Source: an uncultured Gemmatimonadales bacterium
Lineage (GTDB): Bacteria; Gemmatimonadota; Gemmatimonadetes; Gemmatimonadales; GWC2-71-9
Length of the DNA: 64,000 nt
Reading direction: 5' to 3'
Assembly (NCBI GenBank): GCA_963828735.1
Contig: CAWHFW010000002.1
Location: forward strand, 352,001 to 416,000
Numbering within the stretch: the first letter of the stretch is position 1; the number at the start of each line of letters is the position of its first letter. A program made the translations under genes and the position numbers. Below the pieces are notes generated by a model that saw only the letters and a program-made list of their open reading frames with translations, was not told where the DNA came from and did not search any database. Shown here in pieces: positions 17,765 through 28,390 of this stretch.

Positions 17765-19651
17765 ATGACGGTCGGGATCGCCTATGTCGACGGACCCCGC
17801 CTGGCCCGATCGCTCTTTGCCGCCGCGGACTGGGTGGCGGCCGGCCGGGAGGAGATCAACCGGATCAACGTCTTCCCGGTCCCCGATGGCGACACTGGTA
17901 CCAACTTCAGCCTGACGCTCCGTGCCGTCGCCGACGCCCTCCGGGCGCTCGGCGACGCGCCGCTTCCGGAGACCGCGCGCACGATGGCCCGCGGCGCCGT
18001 GCTCGGCGCCAGGGGCAACTCCGGCATGATGCTCGCCCATTTCCTGCTGGGCTTCGCCGAGTCGCTGGGCGAGCGCGACACCGCGAGCACGCGGGATGTG
18101 GCGGCCGCGGTGCGCCAGGGGGCCGACCGGCTCTACGAATCGCTCGACGACCCCCGCGAGGGCACGATCATCACCGTCGCGCGCGAGGCGGCGGCCGCCG
18201 CGGAGCACGTGGCCGCCGAGACCGACGACGTAGGCCATTTCATGCGCCGGCTCCTCGCAGAGGGTGAGGTGGCCTTGGCGCGGACCCCGGAGCTCATGGC
18301 CGTCCTCAAGGAAGCAGGGGTCGTGGACGCTGGGGGCAAGGGGTTCGTCCGCATGCTCGAGGGCGTGGTCCGCTGCATCGAGGGCGATCCGATCCTCCCA
18401 GTGGCCCCGGCCAACGGCGCGGACACCACAGAGGTGGTGGCTCCGGCGGCAGCGGTCGAGATCGCGGCCGAGCGGGACTTCCAGTTCTGCACCGAGCTGC
18501 TCGTCCGCGGCGAGCACCTCCCGCCCGCCAATGAAGTGCGGGCGGCGATGCACGCGTTCGGCGGGTCCGTCGTCGCGGCGGTGATGGCGGACATCCTCAA
18601 GATCCATGTGCACACGGATACCCCGGAGGCCGTCTTTACCTATGCGGCGCGCTGGGGACGCGTGGAAAGCACCAAGGCCGACGATATGCGGGCGCAGCAC
18701 CGGCGGCTGGCCCATCTCGACCGACGGCCGGTCGCCGTGGTCACCGACAGCTCCGCAGACCTTGCGGACAGCGTGCTCGATCGGCATCGCATCGCGGTCG
18801 TCCCGCTGCAGGTCGTCTTCGGCGACGAGACGTTCCGCGATCGGATCGACCTCAAGCCCGAGGAGTTCTACCGGCGGCTGGCCGCCGCGCGGGACCTCCC
18901 TTCCACCTCGCAGCCCACGCCTGCCGACTTCGTGCGAGTCCTGCGCGATGCCCGGGCCGAGGCGGACGAGGTGGTGGGTGTCCTGCTCTCGGGAAGTCTC
19001 TCGGGTACCTTCGCCTCGGCGCAGGTGGCGGTGCGGGCCGGGGGCATTTCCAATGTCCGCCTGGTGGACAGCCGGTCGGCCTCCTTGGGCGTCGGGATGC
19101 TGGCCTTGCGGGGAGCCGAGCTGGCGGAGGCCGGCTGGCCGGCCGAAAGGATTTCCCGGGAGCTCGAGCGGGTCCGAGGGCAGTCGGGGATGCTGCTGAC
19201 GGTCGACCGCTACGACAACCTGCTCCGGTCGGGTCGGGTTTCGCGCGGGAAAGCCTGGATCGCGGAGATGCTGGACGTCAAGCCGATCCTGTCCCTGGAC
19301 CAGGCCGGGCGTGTCCTTCCAGTGGACAGGGTCCGCGGCCGCGAACAGCTGATCCCCCGAGTGCTGGCGCTGCTCGAGAAGCGATTGACGCCCCGACCCA
19401 CCACCGTCCGGTTCGGCGTGGTGCATACCGGCGCTCCGGACGTGGCGGAGCGGGTGCGGACGGCGTTGATCGCGGTGTACCACCCCCGCGACTGCTTCCT
19501 GACGCTCGCGACGGGCGTGCTCGGCACTCACGTGGGCACCGGAGCCTGGGCCATCTTCTATCAGGTCGAGGACGGCACCCCCGCCCGGCTCGACGCCGCT
19601 AAGGCGGGGACAGAAGGATCGACGCACATGCGGGCTGGAACCGGCCGGTGA
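17765..19651 (+). CDS. DAK2 (FakA-like) - DegV (FakB-like) fusion protein
   Basis: NVFPVPDGDTGTN, GARGNSG, EGTI, GVVDAG, KIHVHT, then VTDSSAD, STSQP, SGT, SGRVS, GTHVG. Confidence 0.92.
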   Translation: MTVGIAYVDGPRLARSLFAAADWVAAGREEINRINVFPVPDGDTGTNFSLTLRAVADALRALGDAPLPETARTMARGAVLGARGNSGMMLAHFLLGFAESLGERDTASTRDVAAAVRQGADRLYESLDDPREGTIITVAREAAAAAEHVAAETDDVGHFMRRLLAEGEVALARTPELMAVLKEAGVVDAGGKGFVRMLEGVVRCIEGDPILPVAPANGADTTEVVAPAAAVEIAAERDFQFCTELLVRGEHLPPANEVRAAMHAFGGSVVAAVMADILKIHVHTDTPEAVFTYAARWGRVESTKADDMRAQHRRLAHLDRRPVAVVTDSSADLADSVLDRHRIAVVPLQVVFGDETFRDRIDLKPEEFYRRLAAARDLPSTSQPTPADFVRVLRDARAEADEVVGVLLSGSLSGTFASAQVAVRAGGISNVRLVDSRSASLGVGMLALRGAELAEAGWPAERISRELERVRGQSGMLLTVDRYDNLLRSGRVSRGKAWIAEMLDVKPILSLDQAGRVLPVDRVRGREQLIPRVLALLEKRLTPRPTTVRFGVVHTGAPDVAERVRTALIAVYHPRDCFLTLATGVLGTHVGTGAWAIFYQVEDGTPARLDAAKAGTEGSTHMRAGTGR

Positions 19652-20001
19652 CGCCCCGAATCCCGGAGGCGCTGCGCCTCGCGCTGGACGCGATCGCGGA
19701 CCTGAAGGGCAGCCATCTGGTGGTACTCGACTTGCGGGGCCTGACGGACGCCACCGATTTCTTCGTCATAGCATCCGGGACGTCGGATGCCCATGTTCGG
19801 GGCATCGCCGAGTCGGTCATGGAGAAGCTCGACCGCAAGGGGCACCACACCCACCACGTCGAAGGCCTGAACGGGGGCCGATGGGTGCTCCTGGATTTCG
19901 TGGATTTCGTGGTCCACTTGTTTCACCCGGAGACCCGCTCCTTCTACCAACTGGAGCGGCTCTGGGACGACGCACCGGAGCTCCTGATCAGCTCCACCTA
20001 G
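19648..20001 (+). CDS. rsfS: Ribosome silencing factor
   Basis: DFFVIASG, WVLLD, VVHLF, R.FY.LERLW. Confidence 0.95.
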   Translation: MTPRIPEALRLALDAIADLKGSHLVVLDLRGLTDATDFFVIASGTSDAHVRGIAESVMEKLDRKGHHTHHVEGLNGGRWVLLDFVDFVVHLFHPETRSFYQLERLWDDAPELLISST

Positions 20002-20013
20002 GCCGAGGTCTTC

Positions 20014-23000
20014 ATGCTTCGACGCACCGTCCCGGTACTCCTCGCCGCGCTCGTGAGCGTACCAGGCGTCCTCTCCGCGCAGTACTTCGGCCGGAACAAG
20101 GTCCAGTACACCGACTTCGATTTCAAGGTCATCCAGACCGAGCATTTCGACGTCTACTACTACGACCGCGAGCGGACCGCCGCGCTGGACGCCGCACGGA
20201 TCGCGGAGCGCTCCTACGGTCGCCTCTCCAAGGTGCTGAACCACGAGTTCCGCGAGCGGAAGCCGATCATCCTCTACGCCTCGCACTCCGATTTCCTTCA
20301 GACCAACGCGACCGAGGTGAGCGGCGAGGGAACGGGCGGCGTGACCGACTTCGCGCGCAACCGGGCCGTCATGCCGTTCACCGGGGCGTACAGCGATTTC
20401 GAGCACGTCCTCACCCATGAAATGGCGCACCAGTTCCAGTACGACATCTGGTCACGCGGCCGCGCCGGCGCGGGGCTCGGCACCCTGATCGCCATCGCGC
20501 CGCCGCTGTGGTTCGCCGAGGGCATGGCGGAATATCTCTCGCTCGGCCCGATCAACGCCGAGACGGCCATGTGGCTGCGCGACGCGTCGCTCGAGGGCAA
20601 GCTGCCATCCATCGACCAGATGACGGCCGACCCGTACGAATACTTCCCCTATCGATTCGGCCACGCGTTGTGGTCGTACATCGGCGAGCGGTGGGGCGAC
20701 GAAGCCGTGGGCGCGATCCTCAAGGCGACGCTCGCGGGCGGGATCGAGCCGGCCTTCCGGCGGACTATCGGCCTGAGTCTCCAACAGCTCTCCGACCAGT
20801 GGCGCGACGCCGTGCAGAAGCGCTACCTGCCCGAGATCGGCGCGCGCGCCCGGGCCCGGGCGGTGGCGAACGAGCTTCTCAACAAGGCACGGTCGGACGG
20901 CACGCTCCACCTCGCGCCGGCCTTGTCCCCAGACGGATCGCAGGTGGCCTACTTCAGCGAGAAGAATTTCTACTTCGTCGACCTGTACCTCGCCAACGGG
21001 CAGACTGGCAAGGTGAAGCGCCGGCTCCTCAAGTCCGGGGTGAGCAGCGCCTACGAGACCTATCGGTTCATCAACTCCCAGGCGAACTGGTCGGCGGATG
21101 GGAAATATCTCGCGCTCGCCGCGAAGCGCGGTCCGCGGGACGAGATCCTCATCGTGGATGTGGCTCGCAACAAACAGGTGGGCCGCATCAAGCTCAAGCT
21201 GAGCGGCGTGACCACACCGTCCTGGAGCCCGGACGGCTCGCAGCTGGTGTTCACCGGGTACGACGGCGGGATCAGCGACCTGTACACGATCAATCGAGAC
21301 GGCACGAACCTGCAGCGCCTCACCTCGGACAAGTACGGCGACCTCCACCCGGTCTGGTCGCCCGACGGGACGACCATCGCGTTCGCAACGGACCGTGGGC
21401 CGCAGACCGATTTCAAGTCCCTCAAGTTCAGCAACTTCCGGATCGCGCTGTACGACGTGGCGACCGGCACCGTCAAGGTGCTGGACCACATGGACCAGGG
21501 CAAGAATGTGAGCCCGCAGTGGGCGCCCGACGGACGGTCCATCGCCTTCGTGTCCGACCGCAGCGGCGTGAGCGACATCTACCTGTACGACCTGAACGAC
21601 TCGCAGGTGTACCAGCTGACGGACTTCTATACCGGGGTCCAGGGCATCACGCCGCTCTCGCCCGTACTGTCGTGGGCCCGCAACGCGGACCGGCTGGCGT
21701 TCGTGTACTACGAGGACCAGAAGTACAACGTGTACACCATCAACAACCCGCGCGGACTCAAGCGCGCGCCCTACCAGCAGCCGGCGGTCGACAGCGTCTC
21801 GATCCTTGCCCGTGTGGCCACGCCCGCCATCGACACCACCCCCACCCTCGAGGTGCGCGACGAGGTGAAGTCACAGGTCGGCGAGGGCGGCTCGATCTAC
21901 CGGACCCAGCAGGGATTCCGGTCGTCCGGGGACCTCGCGCGCTCGAGCGATTCGGCACACGCCCAGCTATCCCAGCCGGTGTCCATCAGCGCCCTCATGG
22001 ATTCGGCGAGCCTGAGCCTGCCGGACACCAGCGAGTTCACCTTGAAGGATTACCGGGTGCACTTTACGCCGGACTACTTCGCCCGCCCCAACATCGGCTA
22101 TGCGCGCGACAATTTCGGCCGGGGCTTCTACGGCGGGTCGGCGATCTCGCTCAGCGACATTCTCGGGAACCATCAACTGGTATTTGCAGGCTACGTGAAC
22201 GGCCGCATCGCCGAGGCGCAGATCCTGGCCGCGTACGCGAATCTCAGCAAGCGCGTGAACTGGGCGGTCGGATTGAACCAGGATCCGTATTACTTCCTGG
22301 AGCCCAGCCAGATCGGCTTCGATCCCGGGACCGGGAATAACATCTTCGTGACGAACATCCGGCGGCTCATCGTGCGATCCGTGTTCGCGCAAGCCTATTA
22401 CCCGATCAGCCGGTTCCAGCGGCTCGAAGGGTCCGTGCGGTTCGCCAACGTGGACGACGCCCTGCTCCGGGTCAACGAGCCGTACGATCCCAACACCGGA
22501 TTCGCGACCGAGGATCCGTTCCTGGAAACCATCAATAACCCATCGGTCAATTACATCCTGCCGAATGCCGCCTGGGTCTTCGACAACTCGCTCCAGGGCT
22601 ACATCGGGCCGTTCTACGGCCGCCGCTCGCGGGTCGAGATCGGGCAGTCGGTGGGGACCTGGCGGTTCACCCAGGTTTCGGCGGACTTCCGTCGGTACGA
22701 CAAGGTCGTCGGGCCCGTCGTGCTCGCCTCGCGTATTCTGTACATCGGCCGGATCGGCCGGAACGCGGACCAGTTCCGGACGTTCCTGGGTAACACGGAG
22801 CTGCTCCGCGGCAACACGTCGGGGTCCTACCGGCGGAACGAGTGCATCAATTCGACCGATCCCAACACCGATACTGGGTGCGCGGACCTCGACCGGCTGG
22901 TCGGGACGCAGCTCGCCGTCACCAACGTGGAGCTGCGCTTCCCGATTCTCAGTCCTTCGTTCGGAATCCCCAGGATGGTCCCACCGATCGACGGCGCCCT

Positions 23001-23223
23001 GTTCTTCGACGTCGGCATGGCTTGGGACCAGTCGAGTACGCTCAAGTGGAAGCGCGAGGCCGGCGACGATCCGGTGAACGTCCGGACGCCGTTGCGGACG
23101 ATAGGCGTCTCCGTGCGGACCAACCTGTTCGGCTTCGCCGGGGTCAAGCTCGACTACGCCATCCCCCACGGCCGTCCGGGGGTGAGAGGGCTTTGGACGT
23201 TGACGCTCGGACCCCCGTTCTAG
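20014..23223 (+). CDS. Outer-membrane protein: zincin (HExxH) domain + PD40/TolB-like propeller + Omp85-type barrel
   Basis: Signal peptide; HEMAH..WFAEGMAEY; repeated P.WSPDG; ELRFP, FFDVG.AW, DYAIP; terminal Phe. Confidence 0.85.
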   Translation: MLRRTVPVLLAALVSVPGVLSAQYFGRNKVQYTDFDFKVIQTEHFDVYYYDRERTAALDAARIAERSYGRLSKVLNHEFRERKPIILYASHSDFLQTNATEVSGEGTGGVTDFARNRAVMPFTGAYSDFEHVLTHEMAHQFQYDIWSRGRAGAGLGTLIAIAPPLWFAEGMAEYLSLGPINAETAMWLRDASLEGKLPSIDQMTADPYEYFPYRFGHALWSYIGERWGDEAVGAILKATLAGGIEPAFRRTIGLSLQQLSDQWRDAVQKRYLPEIGARARARAVANELLNKARSDGTLHLAPALSPDGSQVAYFSEKNFYFVDLYLANGQTGKVKRRLLKSGVSSAYETYRFINSQANWSADGKYLALAAKRGPRDEILIVDVARNKQVGRIKLKLSGVTTPSWSPDGSQLVFTGYDGGISDLYTINRDGTNLQRLTSDKYGDLHPVWSPDGTTIAFATDRGPQTDFKSLKFSNFRIALYDVATGTVKVLDHMDQGKNVSPQWAPDGRSIAFVSDRSGVSDIYLYDLNDSQVYQLTDFYTGVQGITPLSPVLSWARNADRLAFVYYEDQKYNVYTINNPRGLKRAPYQQPAVDSVSILARVATPAIDTTPTLEVRDEVKSQVGEGGSIYRTQQGFRSSGDLARSSDSAHAQLSQPVSISALMDSASLSLPDTSEFTLKDYRVHFTPDYFARPNIGYARDNFGRGFYGGSAISLSDILGNHQLVFAGYVNGRIAEAQILAAYANLSKRVNWAVGLNQDPYYFLEPSQIGFDPGTGNNIFVTNIRRLIVRSVFAQAYYPISRFQRLEGSVRFANVDDALLRVNEPYDPNTGFATEDPFLETINNPSVNYILPNAAWVFDNSLQGYIGPFYGRRSRVEIGQSVGTWRFTQVSADFRRYDKVVGPVVLASRILYIGRIGRNADQFRTFLGNTELLRGNTSGSYRRNECINSTDPNTDTGCADLDRLVGTQLAVTNVELRFPILSPSFGIPRMVPPIDGALFFDVGMAWDQSSTLKWKREAGDDPVNVRTPLRTIGVSVRTNLFGFAGVKLDYAIPHGRPGVRGLWTLTLGPPF

Positions 23224-23314
23224 GAGCCGCACGACGACGGAGCGGACGGGGGGCTGGCTTGCCGGCCGCCTCCGTCCTCTGCGCCTTTCTCGCCACCCCC
23301 GTTATCTTTCTCGC

Positions 23315-24706
23315 GTGACATCCTTCCGATACGTCCTCGGCGCGGCCGCGCTGCTGGCCGCCTGCGGAGGCGAGCCCGAGCACCTGCTGTTGGACAAGCT
23401 CCCCGCGTCGACGCGGGCACCCGCGCCGTCGTCGCTCCTCCGGTTTCCCGAGGAGGGCGGTGTCGCGAGCCTGTACCGCGTGCCCTCGCTCGATCCGTCA
23501 TCCTGGAGGGCCGAGGACCAGCTGCCGCCGGTGCAGCGTATCGTGGGCGCCGACGCCGAGCAGGGCCTGGTCTTCTCCCTCGATCGCAAGCACAATCTGA
23601 TCACGCTCGACCTTGAGACCCGGCGCGTTCGCACCTATCTCGAGGGCGTCCGCTCGGCCACGATGGGTCCGGACGGCGCCCTGTATGCCGTCGACACCGG
23701 CAGTACGGTGACTCAGATGGTCCGGCGGGCGCCGGTCCGGTTTCGCTCGAAGCTGCAAGGCAGCCCCCAGGAGCTCTACGCCACAATGACCGGGGCCCTG
23801 CTTGCCCGCGTGGGCGAGAAGGCGCCCGTGCTCGAGGTGCTCGGGTCGGACCAGCCGCCGGTGTCCACGACGCTCCCGTCCGAGGCCTTCGCGCCCACCT
23901 TCTACGGCGACCTGATCGCGGTGGCGACCGATACCGCGGTCATCATGTACCAGACTCAGGGCAAGAACGCCCCCAAGTCCATCCGGCTGCCGGGCCACCC
24001 GGTGGCGGTACTCTTCTCGCCGTCCGGGCATCGGCTGTATGTCGCACAGACGGACGACGAATTGGTCGTGCTCGACCGGTACAGCGGCGATCGACTCGCG
24101 GCGATCCATCTCCCCGGCCCGGCGAAGGGGCTTCGGAATGACCGCTTCGGGCAGTGGCTCCTGGTGCGGCCCGCCTCCGGCGACTCGGTCTGGGTGATCG
24201 ACGTCGGCCGCTGGCGGTTCGCAGGCGCGGTGGCCACCAAGTGGGCGACCGACCTTCCGGCCGTCGCGTCGCCCAACACCCTGGTGATCCGTCGCGGGCG
24301 CGATGTCGTCGGCATCGATCTGGGCTCGGCGGATTTGCCCGAAACCGGTCACATCGAGGGAGGCGCCGCGGACGAATGGATGCCGGTCCCGTGGCGGCCT
24401 GCTCGTGATGCGGAGGCCGCGGTCACCACGGACTCGACGGCCCTCGCCGGCGCCGACAGCGGCAAGGCCGCGGCGTCGGTGTACCTCCAGGTGAGCAGCT
24501 CGCAGAACCCGGCCTGGGCCAGCGAGCTCGCCGACAAGCTCCGGGCCGCGGGCCTGCCCGCGTCCGTGCTCGCGCCCACTCGAAGCGACGAGGCCCACCG
24601 CGTCGTGCTCGGCCCGTACGCCACGCGCGAGCAAGCGGAGTCGACTGGCCGAAAGATCGGGATGCCGTCCTTCATCGTGTCTGGCCAGGACGCGTCGGAT
24701 CGCTGA
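23315..24706 (+). CDS. Lipoprotein with beta-propeller and C-terminal SPOR domain
   Basis: LAAC lipobox; FSPSG.RLYV; YLQVSS...HRVVLGPYATREQA. Confidence 0.8.
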   Translation: MTSFRYVLGAAALLAACGGEPEHLLLDKLPASTRAPAPSSLLRFPEEGGVASLYRVPSLDPSSWRAEDQLPPVQRIVGADAEQGLVFSLDRKHNLITLDLETRRVRTYLEGVRSATMGPDGALYAVDTGSTVTQMVRRAPVRFRSKLQGSPQELYATMTGALLARVGEKAPVLEVLGSDQPPVSTTLPSEAFAPTFYGDLIAVATDTAVIMYQTQGKNAPKSIRLPGHPVAVLFSPSGHRLYVAQTDDELVVLDRYSGDRLAAIHLPGPAKGLRNDRFGQWLLVRPASGDSVWVIDVGRWRFAGAVATKWATDLPAVASPNTLVIRRGRDVVGIDLGSADLPETGHIEGGAADEWMPVPWRPARDAEAAVTTDSTALAGADSGKAAASVYLQVSSSQNPAWASELADKLRAAGLPASVLAPTRSDEAHRVVLGPYATREQAESTGRKIGMPSFIVSGQDASDR

Positions 24707-24757
24707 TCGTCCCGCGCCGCCAGCGGCGCATCCATCACTCCATCGTAGGACACCCGC

Positions 24758-27700
24758 ATGAAGCTCACCCGGCTGGAGCTCTCCGGCTTCAAGTCGTTCG
24801 CGGATACGGTCACCCTGACCTTCGAGCAGGGGGTAACCGCCATCGTCGGCCCGAACGGATGCGGGAAGTCCAACGTCTCCGACGCCGTGCGCTGGGTCCT
24901 GGGCGAGCAGTCGGCTCGGCTGCTCCGGGGCGGCAAGATGGAAGACGTGATTTTCCAGGGGTCCACGGCGCGCCGACCCGTCAACGTCACGGAGGTGTCC
25001 CTCTACCTCGACAACACCGACGGCGATCTCCCGATCGCCTATCGGGAAGTGGTGGTCACCCGCCGCCTCTCGCGCTCCGGGCAAAGCGACTACCTCCTCA
25101 ACGGCTCTCCGGTCCGGTTGCGCGACATTCAGGACCTGCTGCGCGGCACCGGTCTCGGTAGCGACGCGGGCGTCGTCATCGAGGCCAAGATGATCGATCT
25201 CCTCCTGTCCGACCGCGCCGACGAGCGCCGGTCCCTGTTCGAGGAGGCCGCCGGTATCGGGCTCTATCGCGACCGGAAGCACAGCACCGAGCGGCGCCTG
25301 GAGGAAACGGCGACCGACCTGCAGCGCGTCGAGGACCTCATCGCCGAGGTGCAGTCGCAGATCCGGAGCCTGGCGCGGCAGCGCGGCAAGGCCGAACGGC
25401 ATACCAAGCTCACGGAGGAAAAATTCGCCGTGCAGGTGACGCTGGCGCGCCGGCTGCTCGAGCGCCTCAGCCAGGAAGCGGCGGGCATGGAGTCGAGGTT
25501 CGGTGAGCTGAGCCGATTACTGCCCACGGCGCGCCAGCGCCTGAGCGAGAGCGAGCAGCGCCGGGAGGACGCAGGCAGGACGCGCACGACCGCCGAAACC
25601 CAGCGGACGGACGTCGAGCGCCGCCTGGGTGCCGTCCGGGTGGAGCTCGGCAAGCTCGACGGCGACCTCGCACTAGCGGCGGAGCGGTTGGCAAACGCCT
25701 CCACGCGGCGGCAGCGGGCGCAGGAGGAGCGCACGCAGATGGAGGTGCGGGCGCAGCTCGCCGTCGGGGACCGGGACTCGGCCGCCGCCGACCGCGACGC
25801 CGCGGCGGTCGAGCACGACCGCATTCGCGGCGAGCTCGCCGGTCGTGCCCAGGCCGAAGAGGATGTCCGGCGGCGCCTCGGCGAGGAGCGGGCGCAGGTG
25901 CGGCTCTGGGAGCAGGAGCTCCAGGCCCTGGCCCAGACGCTGCGTTCACTCGAGGGCGAGCGTGCGGCGCTGGAAGGCGAGCTGGCCTCCCTCCGGGAGC
26001 GAGCCGCCGGCGCGTCCGCCCATCGGACCGGACTCCAGACCGAGCTGGGTGACGCCGAGCGGCGACGCGATCACGCAGTCGAGCGCGCGGGCTTTCTGAG
26101 CCACGAAGCCAAGCGTGTCTCGGCCGATGCCGAACGCGCGCGGCACCTCGTCGCCGAGGCTCGCGAACAGGAAGCGATGCATCGCTCCGACCGCCGGCGG
26201 TCCGAGGAAGCACTGGCCCAGATGACCGCGCGGCGCCACGCCCTCGAGGGGCTGGAGCGTGATCGCGTCGGCCTGGCGCCCGCGGCGGCGGCCCTCCTGG
26301 CCGCCCGCGAGCGGTTCGACGGCGGCGTGCTGGGCCCGCTGAGCGATTTCGTCAGCACCGGCCGTGAGGACGCCGAGCTGGCCGAACGGCTGCTCGGCCA
26401 CTGGATGCACGCCGTGCTCGTGCGCGATCGCGAGACGGTTCAAGCGATCCAGGCCTGGCACGACGAGCAGCAGCCCGGCGCGCTGGTCCTACTGCCGCTC
26501 GAGCCGGGGCCCGCTTCAATCGCGGACGGTCAACCGCTCGACGAGCGCCTCCGCGCCGAGGGGCCGGCCGTGGGGTGGCTCCGGGTCGCGCTCTCCGGAT
26601 CGGAGGTGCTGGACCCGGCGGGTCGGATGCTCCGCCGGGCGAGCGGCGCGATCCTGCTGTCCGGCGCGGCGGCGCCCTCGGGTCCGCTCCGGCGCCGTGC
26701 CGAGCTCGCGACGCTTGCCCATGACGTGGGGCGAGGTGAAGTCGCGGTGGCGGACGCGGAAAGCGCCCTCCAGGCGACGACGAGCCGCCTGGCCGAGCGC
26801 GAACAGAACCTCGGGCTCGCGACCGCGGCGGCGGAGCAGGCCCGCGAGGCCGAGCGGCAGAGCGCCGCGGCACGTGAGGACGCGATTCGTGTGGCGAGCA
26901 ACCTGTCGCGCGAAATGGTGGAGTCCGAGGCGCAGCTCTCCCGGGTGACGGAGCGACTCACGCGCGCGGAACAGCGGCTGGCGGAGATCGACGAGGCCCT
27001 GACCGACGGCGACCTGACGCGCGGCCGGCTCGAGGAATCCCTGGGTGGCGGGCGGGGGCGGCTGGCCGAGCTGGAGGCCGAGCAAGAGGCGGCCCGAGAG
27101 CAACGCGTCCATTGGCAGGTCCAGGAAGCGCACGTTGCTGGCGGGCTCCGCTCGGCAGAGGAGCGATTGCACCGCGCGGCCACCATGAGGGACGAGGCCG
27201 AACGCGCCGTGGCGGCGCTCAGTGGCGAGCTGACCCAGCTCGAGTCGGACACGTCCGCGTTGGCCGCACAACAGGCGGAATGGCGCGAGAGCCGCGCCGA
27301 GCGCCAGGCGGCGCTCCAGGAACTCGAAGCCGCGAGCAACGAGGCCGATCGAGCGCTCGCCGACGCCGAAGAGAGCCTCCTGCTGGCCGAACGACAGGTG
27401 AACGCGGCTCGCCACACGCTCGATGCGGCCAGCGAGGAGAGTCACACGCTCCAGGTCCGGCTCACTGAGACGGCGGGTACGCGGCGCAGCATCATCGAGC
27501 GGGTCGAGGCGGAGTGGCGGCGCTCCTACGATCAGCTGGTCGAACAGGCTCCCCTGCTCGACCTCGATCTGGAGACACTGGAAGCGGAGGCGGCGCGGAT
27601 CATCGGCGCGCTGGAGGTGATCGGTCCGGTGAATCCGCTCGCGGTCGAGGAACACGCGGAGGAGGTCAAGCGGCTGGAATTCCTGACGACCCAGCGCGAC

Positions 27701-28231
27701 GATCTGGTCGGGGCACGTCAGTCGCTCATCCAGGCCATCCGCGAGATCGACGGGACCGCGCGCACGATGTTCCTCGAAACGTTCACGGCGGTTCAAGCCA
27801 ACTTCACCAAGGTCTTCCAGACCCTGTTTGGCGGGGGTGAATGCGAGCTGCGGCTCGCCAACCCGGACGATCCCCTCGAGAGCGAGATCGACATCCACGC
27901 GGCGCCCCGGGGCAAACGCACCCAGCGCATCCACCTGCTGTCCTCCGGCGAGCGCACGCTCGTGGCGGTGAGTCTGCTGTTCAGCATCTACCTCACGAAG
28001 CCAAGCCCGTTCTGCCTCATGGACGAGGTGGATGCCCCGCTCGACGACGCCAACGTCGGCCGCTTCACAAGGCTGCTAGACGAGTTCAAGCCCGGAACCC
28101 AATTTCTCGTCATCACCCACAATCCCCGGACCATGCAGGCCGCCGACGCCGTGTACGGCGTGACCATGCAGGAGCCGGGCGTCTCCACCATCGTGGGGGT
28201 TCGGCTGGGTGAGGCGGAACACGTCGCCTAG
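24758..28231 (+). CDS. smc: Chromosome segregation protein SMC
   Basis: GFKSF, GPNGCGKSN, long coiled coils, hinge, GPVN, LSSGE, DEVDAPLD. Confidence 0.96.
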   Translation: MKLTRLELSGFKSFADTVTLTFEQGVTAIVGPNGCGKSNVSDAVRWVLGEQSARLLRGGKMEDVIFQGSTARRPVNVTEVSLYLDNTDGDLPIAYREVVVTRRLSRSGQSDYLLNGSPVRLRDIQDLLRGTGLGSDAGVVIEAKMIDLLLSDRADERRSLFEEAAGIGLYRDRKHSTERRLEETATDLQRVEDLIAEVQSQIRSLARQRGKAERHTKLTEEKFAVQVTLARRLLERLSQEAAGMESRFGELSRLLPTARQRLSESEQRREDAGRTRTTAETQRTDVERRLGAVRVELGKLDGDLALAAERLANASTRRQRAQEERTQMEVRAQLAVGDRDSAAADRDAAAVEHDRIRGELAGRAQAEEDVRRRLGEERAQVRLWEQELQALAQTLRSLEGERAALEGELASLRERAAGASAHRTGLQTELGDAERRRDHAVERAGFLSHEAKRVSADAERARHLVAEAREQEAMHRSDRRRSEEALAQMTARRHALEGLERDRVGLAPAAAALLAARERFDGGVLGPLSDFVSTGREDAELAERLLGHWMHAVLVRDRETVQAIQAWHDEQQPGALVLLPLEPGPASIADGQPLDERLRAEGPAVGWLRVALSGSEVLDPAGRMLRRASGAILLSGAAAPSGPLRRRAELATLAHDVGRGEVAVADAESALQATTSRLAEREQNLGLATAAAEQAREAERQSAAAREDAIRVASNLSREMVESEAQLSRVTERLTRAEQRLAEIDEALTDGDLTRGRLEESLGGGRGRLAELEAEQEAAREQRVHWQVQEAHVAGGLRSAEERLHRAATMRDEAERAVAALSGELTQLESDTSALAAQQAEWRESRAERQAALQELEAASNEADRALADAEESLLLAERQVNAARHTLDAASEESHTLQVRLTETAGTRRSIIERVEAEWRRSYDQLVEQAPLLDLDLETLEAEAARIIGALEVIGPVNPLAVEEHAEEVKRLEFLTTQRDDLVGARQSLIQAIREIDGTARTMFLETFTAVQANFTKVFQTLFGGGECELRLANPDDPLESEIDIHAAPRGKRTQRIHLLSSGERTLVAVSLLFSIYLTKPSPFCLMDEVDAPLDDANVGRFTRLLDEFKPGTQFLVITHNPRTMQAADAVYGVTMQEPGVSTIVGVRLGEAEHVA

Positions 28232-28390
28232 GCAACGGATGAGCATGGTGCGGGAGTTGCACGAGGGTGGAGGCGGCTACACTTCATTGCGGACGGAGCA
28301 CGGCCGGAATGTGACCCGGCCGGCGAACCGGCCGTGGCCCAGTTCCGGCCCATGGGCAACGTCGCCCAACAGTCCTGACCGAGGATCCGA

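Noticed and set aside
28232..28390. Aromatic-amino-acid attenuator upstream of aroF
   Set aside because: No short ORF with clustered Phe/Tyr/Trp codons and no terminator with a U-tract.
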